The notes beneath the pieces are model-generated. The model was not told the origin of the DNA. It ran no database searches and worked only from the letters and a program-made list of their open reading frames with translations. The translations under genes were made by a program, and so were the position numbers. 32,047 bases of DNA from Verrucomicrobiota bacterium (GTDB lineage Bacteria > Verrucomicrobiota > Verrucomicrobiia > Limisphaerales > Palsa-1400): positions 1 through 32,047 of the forward strand of contig JBEKYR010000053.1 of NCBI GenBank assembly GCA_049510745.1, written 5' to 3'. Of this stretch, positions 17,761 through 27,002 are shown piece by piece (within the stretch, counting starts at the first letter, position 1; every line of letters starts with the position of its first letter).

Positions 17761-19592
17761 ACGGTCCTCCGGTGGTAATACCACCACTCGAACATCAACA
17801 CCGCCAGCGCCCCCGCCGCGATCCAGTGCCACATCTCGACGCTGGCCTGCCTGAGCTCCGTCGCGCCGACGGTGTTGAACTTGCCGAAGCGCAATTCCTC
17901 GCGCGGCTTGGTGTTGCTCTCGGCCGCGTCCAGCACGTTGACGCAAAACGCGACGTCCACGGCGCCGGCGCGCAAATGGTAGGTTCCCTGTCTGGCCGTG
18001 TTGCCAAAGACAATTTCGTGAATGTCGGCCGGCGCGACGGTTTCCCTGGCGCCGCCGGGCAGCACGACTTCGGCGGCGGCCACCGGCTGCGTCAGCGCGT
18101 AGCGGAACGGCTCGCCGGCGCGCAGCATCAACTGCTGGGATTTGGTCGAGGCCGGGTTGAGCCACTCGACGGCGTTGGCGATGAACATGGGGAAGGAAAT
18201 CCGCAGCGGCCAGGTGCTTTGCAGCGTGTCGAAGCCGATCCAGACGATTTTTTGGCGCGACAACTCGCCGGCCAGGATCAACGGCGTCTGCGGCGCGTCC
18301 ACCAGCGGGAGCGCCCAGCTTGGCGTCTTGACTCCGAGCGTCTCGCTGATTTGCACGTTGTCCAGGTTGATGTAACGCAGGAGGGGATGGGTGTTTTTCC
18401 AATCGACCACCGTGGGCGTCTCAAGGTTGGTCCAGCCGCTGTCAAACCAATTGGTGTTGACCACGTGAACGGCCAGCGTGGAGGGCTTGGGCCAGACGGA
18501 GGGCGTCACGTCGTCCAGCACCACGATGTCGTAATTCTCCGCCCCGTCGAGCGTGTCGGCGGCGACGGTCAACTCGACGCGGGCGGCGGCGCGCAGGGCT
18601 TTTTCCATGAACCGGTTGCCGTGGGAGACGAGCAGAACTTTGGCGGGTTGGGGGAGCAGGCTGACGATGGAAGCCTGGTTGTCGGCGGCCAAATCGTCCT
18701 TGGCGTCGATGCGCACGGTAAAAATGCCGTCCCGTTCCTGGGTGGCGGTGAAAACCTGGGGCGAGGTTTCTCCCGGCTGCAAACTCAGGGGGCGGGTGTC
18801 CACGATCTGTTGATCGAAGAGCAGTTCCAGGACGGTTTGCTGCGCGTTGGTCGAGAAGTTGACGACGCTGGTGTAGAGGGCGCGTTCCTGGCGGTTTTCC
18901 GGGTTTTCGCGGATATCGAGCGTGGTGATGCCGAGATTGTTGCACCGCTGCCCGGCGCGATGGTAGATGACGCGCAGAGCCTTGTTCTCAAATTCGCTCA
19001 AATCGCCCGCCGCGCCGTCGCTGAAGAGATGGATTTCCGGGTCATGTTTGTCGCGGATGAGCGTGTCGGCCAGCTTGAGCGCTTCGGTCAAGCGGGTGGA
19101 GGAATCGGTCACCTGGCAATTTTGGAGGGCGCGGCGGAGGGCCGCCTTGTCGGCGGTGGCGGACTGTTTGACCACGGTATTGGCGCCGGCGAGCAGGACG
19201 AGCATTTGCTCCTGGTCCTTGAGGCTGTCCACCAACTCGAGCGCCTCGGCGCGCGCCTTCTCGAAACGGGAAGGTTTTTCGTCGGTGCTTTGCATGGAGG
19301 CCGAGGCGTCGAGGATGATGACGCGCAGGCCGCTGCTGGTGGCGTGGCCGGCGAAATAAGGCCGGCTCAAGGCGAGGATGGCCAGGGCCAGGAGGAGGAG
19401 TTGCAGAATGAGGAGCCAGTTATGGCGGAGCTTTTGAAAAGGCGCGTTGGCCTGGGTGTCGGCGAGAAACTTCCGCCACAAAACGGTGCTGGAAACCAAT
19501 TTGACCACACGCCGCCGTTTGAGCAGGTAAAACAGCACCACCACCGGCAGAGTGGCGGCGAACCAAAACGCGCCTGGCGAGAGGAACCTCAC
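17757..19592 (-). CDS. BatA-type N-terminal double-TM + VWA domain protein
   Basis: 611 aa. LPVVVLFYLLKRRR...SSTVLW, LALSRP, MIDAS DASASM, LFSDG and C-terminal EW-containing TM helix. Confidence 0.88.
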   Translation of the reverse strand: MRFLSPGAFWFAATLPVVVLFYLLKRRRVVKLVSSTVLWRKFLADTQANAPFQKLRHNWLLILQLLLLALAILALSRPYFAGHATSSGLRVIILDASASMQSTDEKPSRFEKARAEALELVDSLKDQEQMLVLLAGANTVVKQSATADKAALRRALQNCQVTDSSTRLTEALKLADTLIRDKHDPEIHLFSDGAAGDLSEFENKALRVIYHRAGQRCNNLGITTLDIRENPENRQERALYTSVVNFSTNAQQTVLELLFDQQIVDTRPLSLQPGETSPQVFTATQERDGIFTVRIDAKDDLAADNQASIVSLLPQPAKVLLVSHGNRFMEKALRAAARVELTVAADTLDGAENYDIVVLDDVTPSVWPKPSTLAVHVVNTNWFDSGWTNLETPTVVDWKNTHPLLRYINLDNVQISETLGVKTPSWALPLVDAPQTPLILAGELSRQKIVWIGFDTLQSTWPLRISFPMFIANAVEWLNPASTKSQQLMLRAGEPFRYALTQPVAAAEVVLPGGARETVAPADIHEIVFGNTARQGTYHLRAGAVDVAFCVNVLDAAESNTKPREELRFGKFNTVGATELRQASVEMWHWIAAGALAVLMFEWWYYHRRTV

Positions 19593-19647
19593 GGGAAGAA
19601 CCAGTTTGAGGTTGAACGTCTAAAGTTGAAAGCTGTTTTTTTCGACG

Positions 19648-21099
19648 TCACGTCCGCCAATAGACCTTTTTGCGCGTCAAAAAGCTGGTGACGACCGCCA
19701 TGAGGAGCGTCACCAGGGCGCCGCGCCAGAATCCGCGCCAGGGAGTGGCGGCCCATTGCTGGAGGAGCACGTCCAGGCCGGCCAGCGCCAGGAGCGGGTT
19801 GATAAAATTATTGACGCCGGCGTAGGCGATCATCGGGTTCTGGCCGGTTTGAATGAGCAGGCCCAGCCAGCGCTCGCGCCGGCAGAAGTCAATGACAATG
19901 GAAAGCAGAATCAACACGCAATTGGCCAGGCCGGACGCGACAAAATAATAACTGACAGTGGCTTTGTCCTTTCTGATGCCGCCTTCGTAGGGTTCCAGGA
20001 ACAGGCCCAGCACCATCCAATAAACCGCCCAGAGGAAAAGGCTCTTGTAGAGTTGCTCCGTGGGCGTGGCGGCGGATTTCACCAACTGCCAGCCGGCCAG
20101 GCACAAGGCAAACATGACCAGCGCCGTGGCCGTCACCCAGCGCGCCTTCAATCCGATGAGCATGACCAGAACGAACAGCAACATCAGCCCGGCGAGCGCG
20201 GCCATCCGCGCCCCCGGCCAGGAAGCGGGCGCCCCGGTGTTCCGCTGGCGCGACCAGTCGAAGAGCAGGTCGCCCGCCACGGTGCCCGGCAGAACGATGC
20301 AGAGGTATTGCAGATAGTATAATTGATAGATCCACGACAGCCACGGTTTGGGGGAGAAGTTCCAGAAATCCGTCACCCATCCGCCCAGCGGCTGCGGCAT
20401 GTTGGAGAGGCGAATCGCCAGCAGGATGCCGATGAGGCCCAACCGCGGCAGGAGATGCCGGCGCGTGACCAGCCAGATCAACGCGCCAAACACCGCCATA
20501 TTTGTCAAGACTACGATTATGATGTCGGTGCGCTCCAGTTTGAATCCGCCCCCGTCCGGGTAGCGGGCGAAGACGAAAAAAAGGACCGCTCCCAGCCATC
20601 CGGCGGCCCGCACCGCGCGGCGAAGGGCGGGTGCCCAGGCCGGCGGCAGGCGCGCCAGGATGGGGAACAGGATCAGGAATCCAGCCAGCCCCAACAGTTG
20701 TGTGGCGGCGCCGGGATGCCCGCTCAAGACAGAGGGGCGGATGGCGGCGACAAACAGGGCGAAAAAACCGAGCAGGAATCCCCGTTTGAAAATCGATTGC
20801 ACGATGCTCCATTCCGATTCGCCCGCCCGCAGGCGGCGGCCCAGCGCCAGCGGAAAGGCCGCTCCCATCGAAAAGAGGAAAAACGGAAAGACCAGATCGA
20901 CCCAGGTAATCCCCGGAATTGGAATGAACCGATGTTCCGGCGGCGGCACCTGGGCGTGGTACATCCAGGAGGGCAGCGAGTTGGCGCCAAAGGGCATCTC
21001 GCTGGAAAGCAGCATGGCAAGGATGGCCAGCCCGCGCAACGCATCCAGGGCATGCGCTCGCGCTTCGCGCGCGGGGGGCTTTTGCTCGGCGTCGGTCAT
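19648..21099 (-). CDS. DUF5009 / heparan-alpha-glucosaminide N-acetyltransferase-like membrane protein
   Basis: 483 aa. ALDALRGLAI, WMYHAQVPPP, GITWVDLVFPFFLFSMG and GQNPMIAY motifs. Confidence 0.85.
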   Translation of the reverse strand: MTDAEQKPPAREARAHALDALRGLAILAMLLSSEMPFGANSLPSWMYHAQVPPPEHRFIPIPGITWVDLVFPFFLFSMGAAFPLALGRRLRAGESEWSIVQSIFKRGFLLGFFALFVAAIRPSVLSGHPGAATQLLGLAGFLILFPILARLPPAWAPALRRAVRAAGWLGAVLFFVFARYPDGGGFKLERTDIIIVVLTNMAVFGALIWLVTRRHLLPRLGLIGILLAIRLSNMPQPLGGWVTDFWNFSPKPWLSWIYQLYYLQYLCIVLPGTVAGDLLFDWSRQRNTGAPASWPGARMAALAGLMLLFVLVMLIGLKARWVTATALVMFALCLAGWQLVKSAATPTEQLYKSLFLWAVYWMVLGLFLEPYEGGIRKDKATVSYYFVASGLANCVLILLSIVIDFCRRERWLGLLIQTGQNPMIAYAGVNNFINPLLALAGLDVLLQQWAATPWRGFWRGALVTLLMAVVTSFLTRKKVYWRT

Positions 21100-21148
21100 T
21101 TCCGCGAATTTAGTCGCTGAATGGAGCGGCGTCCATAAACTTACAGTC

Positions 21149-22357
21149 ATGGCGTGGCGCCGGATGAAGTTTCAAAATGTTCTGACGACCGTGGCCCTTG
21201 GCTGCGCGCTTGGGGCGGGCGGGGCCGATTCGTTCGAGTTGACTGCCACCAATCAGGACGCCCTTCGCCGGGCGGGGCAGGGGAGCGTCCTGCCGATGCC
21301 GGAACTCGTTTCCAACTGGCGGCGGGAACCGGCCATTCCCATTGCGCGCTCCGTGCTGCCCGGTCCGCGACTTCTCTTTTCCGACATGCCGGAATATCTC
21401 GGCGAGCAGAGCGGCGTCTGCATGGCGGAGGACGTGACGCCGGGCGGGTACCGTTTGTATGTCTATCACGTGCCGGGCGCGACCAACTCGCCCCGGACCG
21501 TCTCGGCGATGATCGAGAATCTTTCGCCGCGGCCTTTGCGGGTGCGGTTTACCCGTTGCGCTTTCCCGCCGCCGGGAACCCAGTACGCGGTCATGGGAGT
21601 GGAGGGGCTGATCGAATTCTTCACCGGCCAATCGTTGCCGCCGCCGCTCTCCCTCCCGCCGCTGGGGAAAGAAGTACTTGACAGGCGGCTGGACGAAACC
21701 GCGGCCGCCGACCCGCAACTGGTCCATGCCCTTTACGAATTCGAGATCGACGAGCCGGCCCGCGTCTCCGTCTTTCAGAGGGAGACCAATCAGGCCGGCG
21801 CCGGCGTTTTTTCGTCCTTGGAGAAATTGCCGCGGCAATTGCCCGGAAGAAAACTCAGCGGCGCGGGGCGCGGACTTTTCCCGGACGCCGACCTTGCCGT
21901 CACGAACGCGCCGGGCAGTGTGATTGACACCAGCAACGGCATCCAGCGCCTGGTGCTGGCCGACGGCCGCAGCGACCCGTGGGTGTTGGGGACGGACGGC
22001 CTGGCGGGCAATCTGGCTGTCACCAATAAAGGCAGCTACGGCGTGGTCTATCATGTCAAGCTGGCCTACACCTCTAGCGATGGGCGGGCGCTGGCCATAC
22101 TGGTCGCCGGGCCGGGCCGGAGAAGATCGGGCGAAGCGCGGCCGATGGCGGCGTTGGAGGTCAGCGACGGCGTGTGGAAGGGCGGCTGGCAGAAAATCAC
22201 CGGCGGCGCGGGCGCGCGGGAGCGCGGGGCGGTGGCGGTTGTCCAGGAATTGGCGCCGCCGGCGCGCGGGACGACCAACTTCGTCGAGCTGGTTTACTCG
22301 CCCCCCGGCGGTTCGTCGCTGCCCACGCCCATTTTCTTCGCGCCGTTCTGGCAGTAG
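21149..22357 (+). CDS. Secreted hypothetical protein (LLFSD.PEY family)
   Basis: Signal-peptide-like N-terminus; LLFSDMPEY, RLYVYHV, GAGRGLF, NKGSYGVVY and YSPPGGSSLP motifs. Start 21149 (7 nt after TAAACT) or 21164. Confidence 0.7.
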   Translation: MAWRRMKFQNVLTTVALGCALGAGGADSFELTATNQDALRRAGQGSVLPMPELVSNWRREPAIPIARSVLPGPRLLFSDMPEYLGEQSGVCMAEDVTPGGYRLYVYHVPGATNSPRTVSAMIENLSPRPLRVRFTRCAFPPPGTQYAVMGVEGLIEFFTGQSLPPPLSLPPLGKEVLDRRLDETAAADPQLVHALYEFEIDEPARVSVFQRETNQAGAGVFSSLEKLPRQLPGRKLSGAGRGLFPDADLAVTNAPGSVIDTSNGIQRLVLADGRSDPWVLGTDGLAGNLAVTNKGSYGVVYHVKLAYTSSDGRALAILVAGPGRRRSGEARPMAALEVSDGVWKGGWQKITGGAGARERGAVAVVQELAPPARGTTNFVELVYSPPGGSSLPTPIFFAPFWQ

Positions 22358-22366
22358 GGAAGGCAG

Positions 22367-22394
22367 GGAAGAAGGAAGAAGGAAGAAGGAAGAA
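22367..22394. repeat. Heptamer tandem repeat (GGAAGAA)x4
   Basis: Four perfect copies just after the stop at 22357. Confidence 0.9.
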
Positions 22395-22547
22395 GTCCTG
22401 AAAAGCTGCCACCCACTTTGACCCACCTTCACTCGCTCGACGCGAGCTATGGCGGGCGGGCTGGGCAAGCCCTCTGACGGTGTTGGCACTTGTGAGGTTC
22501 TCCGTCCGCCGTCGCTAAGTGGTCATCGCGGGGCGGTGGCGCGGGGG

Positions 22548-22943
22548 TCAGACTTGTTCGACCTTGAGTCTTTCACCGGCCACTTTTTGCGCGGCGCTAA
22601 AGTGAGTGTCGCGGCAGAGGATCACCAGGCCGGTGCGGATCGCAACGGTGGCGACAAACAGGTCGTTGCGCGGCAGGTTCAATCCCCTGGCCCGGAATTG
22701 GCGTTCGAGCCGCGCGGCCTCCCGCCAGTCGTCCGGCTCGAAAGGAAAATGATGGCTGAGGGCAAAGGCTTGCTCCAGATCGCTTTCCTCGCCGGAGCGC
22801 ACGCCGCTCAATAGTTCAAAGCGAATCGGGCAGGTATAGGCGGCCTGATCGACCTGAAGCAGGCGGGCAACGATATGTTTGACGTTGGGGTCGCCCTTCC
22901 GCCGCAAGAATTCCACCCAGGCGGATGAGTCAACGAGTTTCAT
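22548..22943 (-). CDS. vapC: PIN-domain toxin (VapC family)
   Basis: 131 aa. LVDSSAWVEFLR, ELLSG, DLFVATVA and RDTHF motifs. Confidence 0.92.
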   Translation of the reverse strand: MKLVDSSAWVEFLRRKGDPNVKHIVARLLQVDQAAYTCPIRFELLSGVRSGEESDLEQAFALSHHFPFEPDDWREAARLERQFRARGLNLPRNDLFVATVAIRTGLVILCRDTHFSAAQKVAGERLKVEQV

Positions 22944-23145
22944 AAACGTCGCGGGCTTCGAGTTCCTCGTTGGTCAGTGGATAGTCGGTCTGCCCGGCCA
23001 GCGCCTTTTCAATGAAAGCGCGCCTTTCGCGCATCCGCAGGAAATCGGCCAAAGCGCGGCTGATGGCGGGTGATTTTTTCTTTTGCCCGGTGATTTTCTG
23101 AATTTGTTTCAACTCTTTTGCATCAATTTCAAACGTAATTCGCAT
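22930..23145 (-). CDS. vapB: VapB-family antitoxin (DUF2191-like)
   Basis: 71 aa, MRITFEIDAKELKQIQKITGQKKKSPAISRALADF; overlaps vapC. Confidence 0.85.
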   Translation of the reverse strand: MRITFEIDAKELKQIQKITGQKKKSPAISRALADFLRMRERRAFIEKALAGQTDYPLTNEELEARDVYETR

Positions 23146-23156
23146 ATAATGAAACT

Positions 23157-23185
23157 AAGATATGATGCAATTTAATGTCATGCAA
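23157..23185 (-). promoter_or_regulatory. Putative sigma70 promoter of vapBC
   Basis: TTGCAT-17 bp-TATCTT in an AT-rich stretch. Confidence 0.5.
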
Positions 23186-23195
23186 GCAGAATCGC

Positions 23196-23291
23196 GGTGA
23201 AGGTGAAAGCTATGCTCTTTTGGCATTGGGGCACGTTTTGGCCGCGGACAACGTCGAATAGATTTATTTGCTCGACGTTTGCCGATTTGGC
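23196..23291 (-). pseudogene. Diverged fragment of the pheT 3' region (anticodon-binding domain)
   Basis: Ungapped 76/96 nt match to 24533-24628. Translates ANVEQINLFDVVRGQNVPQCQKSIAFTFT versus Phe[30 protein letters not shown]. Confidence 0.88.
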
Positions 23292-23355
23292 CTTCAATTG
23301 AGCAAGCCGCATGACAAGCATGTGAACGCGAACGGGGGAAAATCCCATCCGCGGC

Positions 23356-23384
23356 TTGACCAATAGCCTCCCGCACGCTAAATA
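23356..23384 (+). promoter_or_regulatory. Putative sigma70 promoter of the nucleotidyltransferase module
   Basis: TTGACC-17 bp-TAAATA, 9 nt before the GTG at 23394. Confidence 0.5.
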
Positions 23385-23393
23385 AATGGTAGC

Positions 23394-23597
23394 GTGAAAG
23401 CTCAAAATATCATCGCCTTGAAGCAGCGGGAAGCGCGACGCCGTATGTCAGCAACCGTGCAAGCCGGACGCAATCCCCGCTTGGTGGGTCGGCTGCAAAA
23501 GCGTGCTTCATTAGTTGGCGGCGCCACAAAGTGGAAAATTGTCAACTTGGAACAGTCTTTTGCCGCAATGGCAAAATGGGCCACGCCCACTCGATGA
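23394..23597 (+). CDS. Small basic hypothetical protein, partner of the nucleotidyltransferase
   Basis: 67 aa, Arg/Lys-rich; follows a promoter-like motif; ATGA coupling to the next gene. Confidence 0.6.
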   Translation: MKAQNIIALKQREARRRMSATVQAGRNPRLVGRLQKRASLVGGATKWKIVNLEQSFAAMAKWATPTR

Positions 23598-24373
23598 GGT
23601 TTTCCCTCCGGCATTTCGTCGAGGTCTTCAATGTCAGAAATAAACAAGGCGTGCCACCGCTCTTGATTGGGGGCCAGGCGGTCAATTATTGGGCAGAACT
23701 TTACTCAAGCGAAGAACCCGGGCTGGCAAAATGGCAACCGTTCACAAGCGAAGACATTGATTTCCAAGGAAGCCGTGAGGATGTCCGACTCATTGCCTTG
23801 CAGCTTGGATTGGCGCCGGTATTCCCGCGTCCCGTGGAGATGACAGCCTTGGCGGGAATGATTCCATTCAAGCGCGGCGATTTAGAATCTCAAATTGAAG
23901 TGGTTTCCTCGGTTCCCGGCGTTCCCGCAAAACTCCTCCAGGAAACCGCCTTGGAGGCAACTTGGGAAGATTACCAAATTCGGGTGATTGATCCCATTTC
24001 ACTTCTTTGGGCCAAGGCGCACTTGGCGCTCAAGGTTCCGCAAAAGGGGCGGCGAGATGCGGACCACCTCGCCATCATGGTGCTTTGCGTGAGGGCATTT
24101 TTAAGAGGAGCGCTGTCCAAGGTTGCAGATGACTCGGTGCCCGCGCGCAACTGGCTTGCGGCTGTGGAAAGAGTGTTGGTGCTTTCAGAATCAACCACCG
24201 GAGCCAAGACGGCTCACCGATTTGGAACGGATTGGACCGAAGTGTTGCCATTGAAAGAAATACAAGGCATCGCCGCTCCGAAAATCGTCACTTTCCGGGA
24301 CAGGCGTTTGCAACGATGGAAAGCCAAAATCGGGTCCCATGTTCGTGGTGTTACGCCCCCGGCGATACGCTGA
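23594..24373 (+). CDS. Nucleotidyltransferase-fold protein (Pol-beta superfamily, AbiEii-like)
   Basis: 259 aa. LLIGGQAVNYWA, TSEDIDF, later AK and R.D..HL motifs; visibly lower GC than flanking genes. Confidence 0.72.
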   Translation: MRFSLRHFVEVFNVRNKQGVPPLLIGGQAVNYWAELYSSEEPGLAKWQPFTSEDIDFQGSREDVRLIALQLGLAPVFPRPVEMTALAGMIPFKRGDLESQIEVVSSVPGVPAKLLQETALEATWEDYQIRVIDPISLLWAKAHLALKVPQKGRRDADHLAIMVLCVRAFLRGALSKVADDSVPARNWLAAVERVLVLSESTTGAKTAHRFGTDWTEVLPLKEIQGIAAPKIVTFRDRRLQRWKAKIGSHVRGVTPPAIR

Positions 24374-24424
24374 TTCCAAAAATCCGCCAAATTGGGAAGA
24401 ACCGGCAATTTTTCGCTGCGGCCC

Positions 24425-26926
24425 TTACGCCTCGCGGATGGTGGCGGCGAGGGTTTGCTTGAGTTGGACGACCAGCTTTTCGTGGGCGGCGTTGACTTCG
24501 GCGTCGGTCAAGGTGCGCTCGGCGTTGCGATAGGTGAAGGCGTAGGCCATGCTCTTTTGACCTTCGGGCACGTTCTGGCCGCGGAAAACGTCGAATAGCT
24601 CCGTCTGCTCCAGGTTCGCCGGCCTGGCTTGCTTGACTGCGTTGAGCACGGCTTCGTGCGTGGTCGCCTCCGGCACGAGCATGGCAACGTCGCGGCGGAT
24701 GGGCGGGTAGGCGGGCAAGGGCTTGAATGATTTGGCCGGATTGGCGCGCGCCAGGATGAGATCGAAATTCAGTTCGGCCAGAAAGACGGCTTCGCGCAGA
24801 TCGTAACGCTTTTGCAACGCGGGCGAGAGACGGCCCATTTCACCGAGCGTCAGCTTGCCCAGTTGAATGATGGCGGATTCCAAATAGAGCGAGCCGGCCG
24901 GCTCGCGGCGCGTCCAGGAGAGGCCGCGCAGGCCGAAGGTTTTCAGGAATTCCTCCAGCAACCCCTTCAAATCGTAAATATCATACTTGACATCGCGTTC
25001 GGCCCCGCTCCAGAAGGCGGGCCAGCGCCGGCCCATCAAGGCCAGGCCCAAGCGGCGCTCTTCCTTAAAGTTGGCGGCGGGGGGAGGGGGATTAAGATTA
25101 GGATTAAGATTAGGATTAGGATTAGGATTTTTGAAATGTGGCGCGGTTGGGGAGAAGACGCGGCCGATTTCAAAGAGGGCGGCGTCGGTGTTTTTGTGGC
25201 TGGCGTTGTGACGCAGGCTCTCCAGCAGGCCGGGCAGCAGGCTGGGACGCAGCGCGTTCATGTCGGCGCTCAACGGGTTTTGCAGCGCGGCCAGCGGGGC
25301 GGCGGCGGCCAGTTGGGCGGCGTCGGTGGAAATGAGGGTCTGGCCTTGCGCTTCCAGCAGGCCCAGGCCGGCGAGAAGGCGGCGGGCGTCGGCAATCTGG
25401 TCGTGGGTGGCGTCGAAGGCATTGGCGCCGAGCGCGCCGCGGGGCGGGGTGGCCGGGATTTTGTCCACGCCATACAGGCGCCCGATTTCCTCGATCAAAT
25501 CGGCCTCGCGCTTGATGTCAACACGAAAAGTTGGAATGCGGAAGGCGGGCGCGGCGGGATCGACGCACTCCAGGCCGAGGCGCTGGAGAAAATCGATTTG
25601 TGCGGCGGCCGGGATTTCCACGCCGAGCAGGGCGTTGGTTTTTTCGCAGCGCAGCTTGATTTCCTTGGGGGAAACGGGCGCGGGATAGGCGTCGATGAGC
25701 GGCTCGAGCAACTGGCCGCCGGCGGTTTCGAGAATGAGTTGGGCGGCGCGGCGGCTGGCCCACTCGCAGGCGCCGACGTCGGCCCCGCGCTCGAAGCGGT
25801 AGGAGGAGTCGGTGCGCAGCTCCAATCGCTTGGAGGTGGCGCGGATGTTTTGCGGCTGGAAACAGGCGCTTTCCAGCAGGACATCGACCGTGTTGGAATT
25901 GATCTCGCTGTTTTGGCCGCCCATGATTCCCGCCAGGGCGAGGCCCTTGGTCTCATCGGCAATCAACAACATTCGCCCGTCCAGCGTCCGTTCCTTGCCG
26001 TCGAGGGTGACAAATTTTTCGCCGGGCGCGGCGCGGCGGACGACGATGGAGGGAAGGCCCTCTTTTCCCGCGGGCACGCCGAGCAAATGAAAATCAAAGG
26101 CGTGCAAGGGATTGCCGGTTTCAAGCATGACGAAATTGGTGACATCGACCACGTTGTTGATGGAGCGCAGGCCGGTTTTTTCCAAAGCCGAGCGCAGCCA
26201 GGCCGGGCTGGGGCCGATCTGGACGCCGCGCAGGAGGCGCGCGGTGTAACGGGGGCAAAGCTCCGGTTCCTCGATGCGCACCGCCACCAGCGATGCCGCC
26301 GGCTGGCCGGCCAGGTGGGCGGCGGCGAGGTGGACCTGGGGCAGGCGCAACGGGTTGCCCGTCAGCGCGCTGATCTCCCGCGCGATGCCGATGACGCTGT
26401 TCCAATCGGGCCGATTGGGAGTGATTTCCAGATCATAAACCACGTCGCCCGCCGGGCGGCCGAGATATTCGGCGAACGGCTGGCCGACGGTGGCGTCGTC
26501 GCGCAAGACAAGCAGGCCCTCGATATTGTCGGGCAGGCCCAGTTCCTGCGGCGAGCAGAGCATGCCGTACGATTGACAGCCGCGAATTTTGCCGGCTTTG
26601 ATGGTGACGGGCGCTTCCCCCGGTTTGGCCGGCAGGGTGTGGCCGGGCAGGATCAGAGGCACTTTGTCGCCGGCCTTGAAATTCTGCGCGCCGCAGACGA
26701 TCTGCCGTTCGGCGCGGCCATCGAAAACGCGGCAGAGGGAGAGCTTGTCGGCGTTGGGATGCCTGTCGCGGGCGAGGACCTGGGCGACGACGATGCCGTC
26801 GAATTCCCCGCCGAGCTTTTGCGTTGCTTCCACCTCCAGGCCCAGGAGGGTGAGGCGCTCGGCCAGTTCCTCCGGGGACCAGGGCAAATCGACGTATTGT
26901 TTGAGCCAGTTAAAAGTAATTTTCAT
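24425..26926 (-). CDS. pheT: Phenylalanine--tRNA ligase beta subunit
   Basis: 833 aa. [57 protein letters not shown] and [10 protein letters not shown] motifs. Confidence 0.98.
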   Translation of the reverse strand: MKITFNWLKQYVDLPWSPEELAERLTLLGLEVEATQKLGGEFDGIVVAQVLARDRHPNADKLSLCRVFDGRAERQIVCGAQNFKAGDKVPLILPGHTLPAKPGEAPVTIKAGKIRGCQSYGMLCSPQELGLPDNIEGLLVLRDDATVGQPFAEYLGRPAGDVVYDLEITPNRPDWNSVIGIAREISALTGNPLRLPQVHLAAAHLAGQPAASLVAVRIEEPELCPRYTARLLRGVQIGPSPAWLRSALEKTGLRSINNVVDVTNFVMLETGNPLHAFDFHLLGVPAGKEGLPSIVVRRAAPGEKFVTLDGKERTLDGRMLLIADETKGLALAGIMGGQNSEINSNTVDVLLESACFQPQNIRATSKRLELRTDSSYRFERGADVGACEWASRRAAQLILETAGGQLLEPLIDAYPAPVSPKEIKLRCEKTNALLGVEIPAAAQIDFLQRLGLECVDPAAPAFRIPTFRVDIKREADLIEEIGRLYGVDKIPATPPRGALGANAFDATHDQIADARRLLAGLGLLEAQGQTLISTDAAQLAAAAPLAALQNPLSADMNALRPSLLPGLLESLRHNASHKNTDAALFEIGRVFSPTAPHFKNPNPNPNLNPNLNPPPPAANFKEERRLGLALMGRRWPAFWSGAERDVKYDIYDLKGLLEEFLKTFGLRGLSWTRREPAGSLYLESAIIQLGKLTLGEMGRLSPALQKRYDLREAVFLAELNFDLILARANPAKSFKPLPAYPPIRRDVAMLVPEATTHEAVLNAVKQARPANLEQTELFDVFRGQNVPEGQKSMAYAFTYRNAERTLTDAEVNAAHEKLVVQLKQTLAATIREA
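25090..25129. repeat. Hexamer repeat (GATTAR)x6 inside pheT
   Basis: gattaa gattag gattaa gattag gattag gattag gatt; encodes [13 protein letters not shown] in frame. Confidence 0.92.
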
Positions 26927-27002
26927 CTTGTCAGGCAGTCAAAGCGGGCGGAGGCCAGCACCAACGCCGCCCCGAACTTTGAACTTTGGACATTGAACGA
27001 TT

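Noticed and set aside
17761..18402. N-terminal extension of the permease ORF
   Set aside because: Overlaps the BatA/VWA gene in another frame; the TTG at 17760 coupled to its stop is the better start.
22415..22547. Possible second pheT-end remnant and partial REP-like hairpins
   Set aside because: Similarity is short, gapped and GC-rich, so it cannot be distinguished from chance.
23178..23405. 75-aa minus-strand ORF as a functional gene
   Set aside because: Only about 32 codons match PheT; the rest overlaps promoter-like sequence, so it is treated as a remnant.
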